Source: Candidatus Wukongarchaeum yapensis (GTDB taxonomy: Archaea > Asgardarchaeota > Wukongarchaeia > Wukongarchaeales > Wukongarchaeaceae). From it: DNA of 12,879 bases. The translations under genes and the position numbers were made by a program. Below, in pieces: positions 1 to 7,210 of the stretch (position 1 is the first letter of the stretch; each line of letters begins with the position of its first letter). The notes beneath the pieces are model-generated. The model did no database searches. It was not told the origin of the DNA and saw only the letters and a list, made by a program, of their open reading frames with translations. Location: contig JAEOSI010000039.1 of the NCBI GenBank assembly GCA_016840425.1, positions 1 through 12,879 on the forward strand, written 5' to 3'.

Positions 1-657
1 AACGTTGAAGATGCCTTATCTTTATGTGAAAAATTTAACCTTCAATACGAAATAATCGAAATATCCCCAATCCTAGCATCTGTTAAAAAGGCTTGTTCTG
101 GGTTAAATTTAGAAAACGAAAAGATTGTTTTTGGAAACATAAAAGCTAGAACACGTATGATGATACTCTATGCTTACGCTAACACCTTGAGTCGCCTCGT
201 AGTGGGCACGGGCAATAAGAGCGAGATAGCTACGGGATATTTCACAAAATATGGGGATGGGGGAGTGGATATACTTCCAATAGGAGACCTTTATAAAACT
301 CAAGTGCGGCAATTAGCAAAAGCCTTAGGCGTTCCTGAAAAAATTATGGCAAAATCTCCAAGTGCAGGGCTTTGGCCAGGACAAACAGACGAAGAAGAAC
401 TTGGAATAAGCTATGATCAATTAGACTTAATCCTGTATGGTTTAGAGTTCTGGATGCTCCTCGAAGAGATTGCAGAGCAACTTAAAATATCCCTTGAAAA
501 AGTAAAAAATATAGAAAAAAAGATACATATAACTGAACATAAAAGAAGAGGAAGCATAATCCTAAAATTAGGATACCGAACATTCGGCCTAGACTGGCGA
601 GTACCCCTAGATCAACCTATTAATATTAGAAAGAATGGAGGTGCTTATTTTGGGTAG
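1..657 (+). CDS. nadE: NAD+ synthetase, C-terminal part (5' end lies outside the window)
   Basis: Frame 1 is open from base 1 (NVEDALSLCEKF...), so the ORF-track Met at 157 is internal. NadE motifs present: GNIKARTRMMILY, VVGTGNKSE, GYFTKYGDGGVDILPIGDLYKTQV, KSPSAGLWPGQTDEEELG, EHKRR. Stop TAG at 655-657. Confidence 0.96.
   Translation, partial: NVEDALSLCEKFNLQYEIIEISPILASVKKACSGLNLENEKIVFGNIKARTRMMILYAYANTLSRLVVGTGNKSEIATGYFTKYGDGGVDILPIGDLYKTQVRQLAKALGVPEKIMAKSPSAGLWPGQTDEEELGISYDQLDLILYGLEFWMLLEEIAEQLKISLEKVKNIEKKIHITEHKRRGSIILKLGYRTFGLDWRVPLDQPINIRKNGGAYFG
637..643 (+). promoter_or_regulatory. Shine-Dalgarno site GGAGGTG for elf1, inside the nadE 3' end
   Basis: GGAGGTG at 637-643 lies 6 nt before an in-frame TTG at 650 that gives the typical Elf1 N-terminus MGRRR. 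Confidence 0.8.
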
Positions 658-895
658 AAGGCGCACCCGTAAAGTAGTAAAACGACCTGTTAAAATTCTT
701 CCCCGTATATTTGTTTGCCCTTCTTGTGGTGAAAAAACAGTCAAGGTTGAAATTGATAGAAAATTAAATATTGGAAAAGTAAGGTGCGGGAAATGCAAAC
801 TAGAAGCCACAGTAGAGCATATACGTAGAATCGATGAGGAAGTCGATGTATATTCCCGATGGTTTGACTCCTATTATGCCTCTGCCCAATACTAA
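650..895 (+). CDS. elf1: Transcription elongation factor Elf1 (zinc ribbon)
   Basis: Basic N-terminus (M)GRRRTRK, then FVCPSCG...GKVRCGKC (two CxxC) and C-terminal EEVDVYSRWFD, the Elf1 pattern. I prefer TTG 650 over ATG 635 because the ATG overlaps the SD site. Overlaps the nadE end by 8 nt. Confidence 0.92.
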   Translation: MGRRRTRKVVKRPVKILPRIFVCPSCGEKTVKVEIDRKLNIGKVRCGKCKLEATVEHIRRIDEEVDVYSRWFDSYYASAQY

Positions 896-1006
896 TCTCT
901 ATTTGGAGGCTAATAAGAACTGTTCCATGCATAATCTCCTTAGAAGAACTTAAAAGAAAAACTTAAACCTGCTTATATTGCTCTTTAGCCCTTCATTTGC
1001 TTCTTA

Positions 1007-2149
1007 TTAACGTCTTTTTCTTTTCCTCTTCTTCTTAATTTTTGGTTTTGGTTTTTCTTCTTTTGTTTCTTTTTTCTTTTCACGCATACGCTCTAATACG
1101 GCGCTAATCGGTTCTTCTTCTAAAGCTTTTATCTTATACCTGGAAAGCGCTGTGACCCCGAACATCGCAAAAGAAATTATTATGATGATAAGATCCATTC
1201 TCGGAAGCTTATCCTCCTTCTCTGGAACGATTATAGGCGTTTTATGCGCCAACCATTCAATCAGGTTTTTCCATAAAACGCCGTTATTTTCGCTTTCAAA
1301 CCATGATTTATCTGTTCCCGATACATTGAGGTCGCTAAACATTATAGTAGACCCGCATAAAAGCATTCTAGTATCGTTACCGACAATATGTTTCTGAAGC
1401 CATACAGGTTCCCCATCCGCCCCAGAAACTTCATAATCAGCGTTTAAAACATAAGCTGTTAAATTAACTGTAGCTACTGTTGCCAGTAGTGTTCCTCTTA
1501 AGCTACAAGAATATACGAGCAAAGAATCCACATTCTCAGGCTCATTAACAAAAGTCAAATCCCTAAAATTAGACCTATTAACTAAGATATACGAGAACGG
1601 TTCATTTTTCACTAAAACTGGATCTATTATGACATTTGTATGAACGCCTCCTGCAAACCCTAAAAGTTCGCTAATCTCCAAAGTTTGAAGGAGGGAGTTT
1701 AAGGAAGAAGCAGTACCACTATAAGGTGATGATAAATTAACAGGATTACTTAAAAGAAAAAGGCTACCGTTAAGAGTGGTAACAAACTTTTCGACAGCCA
1801 ATTTTTCATCTGAAGAAAAAGTACTTGTGTTTGAAGGATTTGTTATTATTAAAATATCAACCCCATACAAGTTAGTATATGAGAGTGGTTTATCGTTGAG
1901 ATAGACCTCATAATTTTCTGAGCTATTAATTGCTTCCAAAGCCTTTTTCATAAGGCTTGAATTAATTTTCTGGCCATGTGCCTCGTCAAAAAGAACAACA
2001 ATTTTTTCCTCCCCTTTTAATTCCTTTTGACTTGTTTTAAAATCACTTGCTTTGGCAAAAGCGGTTATCAAAGTAAAAGAGGTCACTAAAATCATTAACG
2101 CAAAAATGACACTAAAATACTTAAACACTCCAACCTTTTTTCTCAACAC
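1007..2149 (-). CDS. Type-I membrane protein with extracellular GIFT/GldG/DUF4350-like (glutamine-amidotransferase-like fold) domain and polybasic tail
   Basis: Hydrophobic N-terminal signal (VFKYFSVIFALMILVTSFTLITAFAKA). Family-like motifs VVLFDEAHGQ, LYGVDILIITNP..FSSDEKLAVEKFV..NGSLFLL and RMLLCGSTIMFSD...N..LWKNLIEWLA. C-terminal TM helix (MDLIIIIISFAMFGVTAL, ~1198-1142) and K/R-rich tail. Nine N-x-S/T sequons. Start is GTG 2149 or TTG 2146, behind GGTGA at 2157-2153. Confidence 0.7.
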   Translation of the reverse strand: MLRKKVGVFKYFSVIFALMILVTSFTLITAFAKASDFKTSQKELKGEEKIVVLFDEAHGQKINSSLMKKALEAINSSENYEVYLNDKPLSYTNLYGVDILIITNPSNTSTFSSDEKLAVEKFVTTLNGSLFLLSNPVNLSSPYSGTASSLNSLLQTLEISELLGFAGGVHTNVIIDPVLVKNEPFSYILVNRSNFRDLTFVNEPENVDSLLVYSCSLRGTLLATVATVNLTAYVLNADYEVSGADGEPVWLQKHIVGNDTRMLLCGSTIMFSDLNVSGTDKSWFESENNGVLWKNLIEWLAHKTPIIVPEKEDKLPRMDLIIIIISFAMFGVTALSRYKIKALEEEPISAVLERMREKKKETKEEKPKPKIKKKRKRKRR

Positions 2150-2259
2150 AGTTCACCAGAAAATATTTTCCATAACATGACTGTTAAAAAAGTAGGATGA
2201 CAATTATAATATAATGTTTATTGCATGTTCTTTAGCTCGAGTTAGTTGGTAGATGGATC
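2150..2259. promoter_or_regulatory. Divergent promoter region between the membrane-protein gene and polC
   Basis: 110-nt AT-rich gap between divergent starts. TATA-like ATTATAATATAAT at 2203-2215. Short palindromes GAAAATATTTTC (2159-2170) and TAACA-N4-TGTTA (2173-2186). Confidence 0.55.
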
Positions 2260-5200
2260 ATGAGTTCAAATATTGCAATGAGTCTCCGCACAAAAAAATA
2301 TTTCGATGAACTATCTTCAAAAACAAACATTTTGTATGACATCGCAACTCGAGCGAAATTAAACGCAAAAGAACCCGAAGTAGAAACACACCCTGCTTCT
2401 GACATCGCTGCAAGAGTCGAAGGCTTGGTGGGTCCGAAAGGAATTGCAAATGCTATAAGAAGAATAAAAGAGGAAAAAATGTCGAGGGAAGAAATAGCTT
2501 TTAAAATCTCTGAAGAAATAGTTTTAGGGCGTTTTGGCGCATTTGAAGAAGAAAAAGGCGCAGATATAGCAATAAGGGCGGCATTATCCCTTTTAACCGA
2601 AGGGCTTACGGCAGCTCCCCAAGAAGGAATATCCAAAGTAAAAATCAAAAAGAATCCTGATGGAAGCCGTTATTTAGCCATATACTTTGCAGGACCAATA
2701 AGAGCTGCGGGAGGTACTGAAACCGCTATCGCTGTACTGATAGGCGACTACATAAGACAACGTTTACACCTTAACCGTTACCTTCCGAAAGCAGAAGAGG
2801 TAGAACGAGTAATCGAAGAAATCGCGTTATATTCCCGTGTAGGCCATGTACAGATACCTGTACCCCCCGAAGACATAAAGTTTGCCGCGGAACGTTTACC
2901 CGTTGAAGTCACAGGCGAGCCTACAGAGCAAGTTGAAGTTTCGGGTCATCGCGACCTTGAAAGAGTAGAAACTAACAGAGTCAGGGGTGGAGCTTGTCTT
3001 GTTATCAACGATGGAATCGTCGGTAGGGCACACAAAATCACAAACCTAATTGAAAAGGTTGGATTAACGGGTTGGGATTGGCTAAAAGAGCTTGCAGAAA
3101 AGAGGAAAGGAGCAAAAGTAAACGGAAATGAAAAAGAAGGAGAAGAAACGACGGAAATTAAGCCCGTTGAAAAATATCTTGAAGATGTTATAGTTGGAAG
3201 ACCTATTTTTTGTCATCCCTCGAAAATCGGCGGGTTTCGCTTGCGATATGGTCGTTCAAGAAACACGGGTCTTTCGGCGGTAGGGTTAAACCCAGCCACT
3301 ATGATCATTCTTGAGGATTTTTTAGCGCCAGGAACCCATATAGTTACTGAAAGACCGGGAAAAGGCGCCATAGTTATGCCTGTAGACACAATAGAAGGTC
3401 CGATTGTTAAACTAAACGATGGAACAGTGGTCGAAATAAAAGACGAAAAAGAAGCAACCATATTGGTAAATAGCGTAGAAGAAATTCTTTTTTTAGGAGA
3501 TATCCTCGTAGGATTTGGAGAGTTTCTAGAAAACAATCATCCTCTTATGCCCTCAAGCTTTACCAAAGAAATATGGTGCAGCGAACTACAAAAAACCATA
3601 ACAAAACTTTTCCAAAATGACATAGAAAACGCCGCCCAAGAAATAGAAATTGAAAAAGAAAAACTCATACAGTTTATAAAAGACCCCCTAAAAACTAAAC
3701 CTGATCCAGTAGAATCCCTAAAAATATCCCTAAAACTTAAAATCCCCCTACATCCCTCCTACACTTATTTTTGGAACAACTTAACAGAAAAAGATGTTTT
3801 CATGCTACGCCAGTGGATCGTAGAAAATAAAAAACAGTTTTCAAAAGATTTTATAACGAAAATCGAAGGCCCTTTTTCTCAAAAAATAAAAAACATACTC
3901 GAAAATCTCATGATACCCCACAAAAACGAAAATAGCACGATAATTCTCGAAGAGCACGCTCCAACACTCTCAGCAACACTAGGAATTTCGAAGAATATCG
4001 ATACAAAAATCGATCTTATAGACCAAACTCAAAACTCTTCTCTTTCTATAGTTAAGCATCTAGCAAGTTTCCCAATAAAAGACAAATTTAGTGGGATATA
4101 TATAGGGGCGAGGATGGGTAGACCGGAAAAAGCGAAAAAAAGGACAATGTCCCCCCCAGTACACGGTCTTTTTCCAGTTGGGATGGCAGGGGGGAAAACA
4201 AGAAACATTATCGACGCTTCTAAAAAGAGGAAAATTTGGATAGAAATTGTTAGAAAAGAATGTGAATGCGGTCATACTACCTACAAAATAAATTGCCCAA
4301 AATGTGGTAAAAAGCCTAGAATCCGCAACACATGCATCAATTGTGGAACCGTCTCAGACGCAACTATATGCCCTAAATGTGGAGGCGAATCTCGCCCTTA
4401 TTCAAAGCAAGAAACAAACCTCGAAGAAGAACTTGAAAACCTAAGGAAAAAAATCGGCGGCTTACCATCGCTAGTAAAAGGGGTCCAAGGACTTTTAAGT
4501 GAAACAAAAACCCCCGAACCCCTAATTAAAGGAATTTTAAGGGCAAAACACGACATATATGTTTTCAAAGACGGAACAGTACGTTTTGATGCTACCGACG
4601 CGCCCTTAACCCACTTCAAACCAAAAGAAATCAAAGTATCCATAGATAAACTAAAAGAACTCGACTACACCCACGACATCCACGGAAACCCCCTAAAAAA
4701 CGATGAACAAATCCTCGAACTCAAAGTACAAGACGCAGTTATAAGCGAAGAAGGCGCACCATACCTCCTAAAAACTGCAAACTTTATCGACACCCTTCTA
4801 CAAAAATATTACAACATGCCACCCTTTTACAATGCAAAAAAAATAGAAGAACTCATAGGCCATCTAGTAATCGGCCTAGCACCCCACACATCCGCAGGAA
4901 TAATAGGGCGAATCATTGGCTTCACCAAGGCAAAAGTAACCTTCGCTCACCCCTACTGGCATGCAGCAAAAAGAAGGAATTGTCTAATTGGTCGTGAAGA
5001 AGTGCTCCTCATCGATTCTATGAACCGACTAGTTATACGAAGAATCGGCGATTTAGAAGATGAAGATTTGAATCAGTTTCGCGCCATTTCAGTTGACAAG
5101 AAAGGGGAGATAGTTGCAAAGAAGATTCGTGAACTGGTTAAACTTCCTGCACCAAAGCATTTGTATCGAATTCGTACAAGTACCGGAAGAGAGATTATTG

Positions 5201-7161
5201 CTACACCTGATCATAAAATGGTTGTATTTAAAGAGGATGGCGTAGAATTCGTTGAGATGCAGGCTTTACAACTTGGAGATAAACTGCTTTCTTTAGCGAA
5301 TCTCCCCACTTTTGATACTTCTACAAATATTGATTTGATAGATTATTTTCTAAAACAGCCCAATTATGAGGATTTGAGGATACATGGGGCAAAAGAGATC
5401 CTTGCAGCTGCTATAATGAAATCCGGAGGCTATGCCGCTGTTATGCAGAAATTAAATCTCAAATTAACCGGAAAATCTCTTTGGGGCTATATTCACAAGA
5501 ATTCAGTACCTTTAGATGTTTTTCACTTAATTACTGAAAGGTTGAAACTTGATATTGATTATAGTTCTTTAAGAATCTCTTATCGAAAAAATGCGGCCAC
5601 ACTCCCTGTTTTGCTCCCTCTTTCGAAAAAACTCGGTGAACTCTCAGGGCTTTATCTCTCCGATGGATTTAGCCGTACAGATTGGAAACCCGGCAAATCC
5701 AAGTATTTCTACCAGGTTTCATGGGCGATTTCAGAGAAAGACGTCGTAGATCGCGTTATGGAATTCTGTAAAACCCTTTTTAATCGAAATCCTTCTATCA
5801 TAAAAAACGATGATCATCCTTATATCATCACTCTAAGTGGAAAAATGTACTATGAACTGTTTAGGAATATTCTTGGATTAGGTAATGGTGCTCATGAAAA
5901 AAGTGCCGCAAAATGTTCATCCTTTTCAAAGGAGTTCCAAAAGGGATTGCTCGGGGGAGTATTATACGGTGATGGTAATATTGACAAATCCGTTACACTA
6001 ACCTCAGTAAATAGAGAACTGATAAACCACCTTGCGCTAATATCCTTGAACTTGGATCTATATCCTCATCTACACAATTCAATCAGAACAACCAACTTTT
6101 CCAAGGATCCCGTCACATTTTATAACATTCGATATTATTCAACCGATCTTCCTAAATTATCTGAGTTCCTTTTTGGAGTTCAGAAGGATCAATTATTAGA
6201 ACGCCTCGCCTCTCAACTCCTTGGTCAAAAGCACCAATCACGTTTTGGTTGTTTCAATATTGTGAAAATCAAAGAATTAGAACGTATCATAGAACACGGA
6301 GAGGACTTCGTATACGATTTCGTATTGGAATCTGATGAAAAGACATTCATTGCAGGATTTGGGGCCCTAGCCACTTACGATTGCGATGGAGATGAAGACT
6401 CAATAATACTCGCACTAGACGCTTTTTTAAACTTCTCCAAAAGCTACCTTCCAAGCACCCGTGGTGGATTAATGGACGCCCCCCTCGTAGTAACAATAAC
6501 CCTAAATCCCGAAGAAGTAGACGATGAAAGCCATAAAGTAGACGCTGGAAAAAAATACCCCCCAGAATTTTACAAACTATGCAAAAAAATGATCAACCCA
6601 AAAAAAGCAGCAAAAATAATCGATATTTTAGAACATAGACTCGGGACAGCCGCCCAATTCGAAGGGATATACTACACCCATGAAACATCCAACATCGCAT
6701 CTGGTCCCCAAAGCTCAGCTTATAAAAAACTAAAATCAATGCCCGAAAAACTCCAAGCCCAACTAAGAATCGCAAAAAAGGTTAAAGCAGTAGACCTGGA
6801 AGATGTAGCAGAACGCATAATAAACCACCATTTACTCCCTGACCTACTCGGATGCATGCGCGCCTTCGGAACACAAAGCTTCCGCTGCGTTAACTGCAAT
6901 CAAAAATACCGGAGAATCCCCCTGAAAGGAAAATGTCTAAAATGCGGCGGGAAACTACTCTTAACAGTTAGTAGAAAAACTGTCATGAAATATTTTAATT
7001 TAGCCAAAGAACTCGTCAAAAAATACAACCTTCAACCTTACCTCCAACAACGTTTAGAACTATTCGAAGATGCAGCAAACACTCTCTTCGAAACTGAAAA
7101 CAAAAACCAACGAAGCCTTTCAGACTTCTCCAATTTAAATGAAAACAAAAAAGAAGAGTAA
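2260..7161 (+). CDS. polC: DNA polymerase II (PolD) large subunit DP2 precursor with one intein (1633 aa; ~1166 aa after splicing)
   Basis: DP2 motifs: DIAARVEGLVG, GLTAAPQEGI, YFAGPIRAAGGT, RVRGGACLVINDG, GGFRLRYGRSRNTG, GDILVGFGEFLENNHPL, IGARMGRPEKA, FKDGTVRFDATDAPLTHF, GLAPHTSAGIIGRIIGF, HAAKRRN|CDGDED, PSTRGGLMDAPL, and Zn-finger clusters including RCVNC...KCLKCGG. Confidence 0.98.
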   Translation: MSSNIAMSLRTKKYFDELSSKTNILYDIATRAKLNAKEPEVETHPASDIAARVEGLVGPKGIANAIRRIKEEKMSREEIAFKISEEIVLGRFGAFEEEKGADIAIRAALSLLTEGLTAAPQEGISKVKIKKNPDGSRYLAIYFAGPIRAAGGTETAIAVLIGDYIRQRLHLNRYLPKAEEVERVIEEIALYSRVGHVQIPVPPEDIKFAAERLPVEVTGEPTEQVEVSGHRDLERVETNRVRGGACLVINDGIVGRAHKITNLIEKVGLTGWDWLKELAEKRKGAKVNGNEKEGEETTEIKPVEKYLEDVIVGRPIFCHPSKIGGFRLRYGRSRNTGLSAVGLNPATMIILEDFLAPGTHIVTERPGKGAIVMPVDTIEGPIVKLNDGTVVEIKDEKEATILVNSVEEILFLGDILVGFGEFLENNHPLMPSSFTKEIWCSELQKTITKLFQNDIENAAQEIEIEKEKLIQFIKDPLKTKPDPVESLKISLKLKIPLHPSYTYFWNNLTEKDVFMLRQWIVENKKQFSKDFITKIEGPFSQKIKNILENLMIPHKNENSTIILEEHAPTLSATLGISKNIDTKIDLIDQTQNSSLSIVKHLASFPIKDKFSGIYIGARMGRPEKAKKRTMSPPVHGLFPVGMAGGKTRNIIDASKKRKIWIEIVRKECECGHTTYKINCPKCGKKPRIRNTCINCGTVSDATICPKCGGESRPYSKQETNLEEELENLRKKIGGLPSLVKGVQGLLSETKTPEPLIKGILRAKHDIYVFKDGTVRFDATDAPLTHFKPKEIKVSIDKLKELDYTHDIHGNPLKNDEQILELKVQDAVISEEGAPYLLKTANFIDTLLQKYYNMPPFYNAKKIEELIGHLVIGLAPHTSAGIIGRIIGFTKAKVTFAHPYWHAAKRRNCLIGREEVLLIDSMNRLVIRRIGDLEDEDLNQFRAISVDKKGEIVAKKIRELVKLPAPKHLYRIRTSTGREIIATPDHKMVVFKEDGVEFVEMQALQLGDKLLSLANLPTFDTSTNIDLIDYFLKQPNYEDLRIHGAKEILAAAIMKSGGYAAVMQKLNLKLTGKSLWGYIHKNSVPLDVFHLITERLKLDIDYSSLRISYRKNAATLPVLLPLSKKLGELSGLYLSDGFSRTDWKPGKSKYFYQVSWAISEKDVVDRVMEFCKTLFNRNPSIIKNDDHPYIITLSGKMYYELFRNILGLGNGAHEKSAAKCSSFSKEFQKGLLGGVLYGDGNIDKSVTLTSVNRELINHLALISLNLDLYPHLHNSIRTTNFSKDPVTFYNIRYYSTDLPKLSEFLFGVQKDQLLERLASQLLGQKHQSRFGCFNIVKIKELERIIEHGEDFVYDFVLESDEKTFIAGFGALATYDCDGDEDSIILALDAFLNFSKSYLPSTRGGLMDAPLVVTITLNPEEVDDESHKVDAGKKYPPEFYKLCKKMINPKKAAKIIDILEHRLGTAAQFEGIYYTHETSNIASGPQSSAYKKLKSMPEKLQAQLRIAKKVKAVDLEDVAERIINHHLLPDLLGCMRAFGTQSFRCVNCNQKYRRIPLKGKCLKCGGKLLLTVSRKTVMKYFNLAKELVKKYNLQPYLQQRLELFEDAANTLFETENKNQRSLSDFSNLNENKKEE
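4981..6381 (+). mobile_element. Intein (467 aa, C908-D1374 of the precursor) with LAGLIDADG homing endonuclease, inserted at RRN/CDGDED
   Basis: In-frame insertion splitting HAAKRRN from CDGDED. Block A CLIGREEVLL (4981), block B REIIATPDHKMV (TPDH 5203-5214), block F FVYDFVL (6307-6327), C-terminus ALATYD followed by Cys+1 (TGC 6382). Confidence 0.96.
5632..6060 (+). other. LAGLIDADG endonuclease core of the intein (approximate span)
   Basis: Motif 1 LGELSGLYLSDG (5632-5667), motif 2 KGLLGGVLYGDG (5941-5976), then block-H-like SVNRELINHLALISLNLDL. Both motifs keep the acidic residue before the final Gly. Confidence 0.88.
7108..7131 (+). other. PCNA-interacting (PIP-box-like) motif QRSLSDFS near the DP2 C-terminus
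   Basis: Matches Q-x-x-L-x-x-F. A C-terminal PIP motif is an established feature of DP2. Confidence 0.7.
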
Positions 7162-7210
7162 AAAATAGTAAAAGATAAAAAATTTAATATTTTAAAAATC
7201 GGAATGCAGA

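Noticed and set aside
896-1006. Terminator or small RNA in the convergent gap after elf1
   Set aside because: Only a weak AACTTAAA duplication and no convincing stem or long T-tract; unsupported.
109-1397. Short ORFs 109-312, 607-810, 741-932 and 1152-1397
   Set aside because: Shadows of nadE, elf1 and the membrane-protein gene, with no independent motifs or SD support.
2150-2259. Possible replication origin next to polC
   Set aside because: The gap is only 110 nt, I found no ORB-like TTCCA-N-TGGAAA repeats with G-strings, and there is no cdc6/orc1 gene in the window.
4258-4386. CxC in place of CxxC in the first DP2 zinc-binding pair (ECECG)
   Set aside because: All eight cysteines are still present, and spacing variation in this region is plausible for DP2; it is not informative without an alignment.
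2232-6775. Antisense and alternate-frame ORFs within polC (2232-2648, 2258-2449, 3213-3536, 4060-4275, 4398-4643, 6593-6775)
   Set aside because: They lie opposite a highly conserved gene, read as F/S/L-rich mirrors of its A-rich codons, and show no recognisable motifs.
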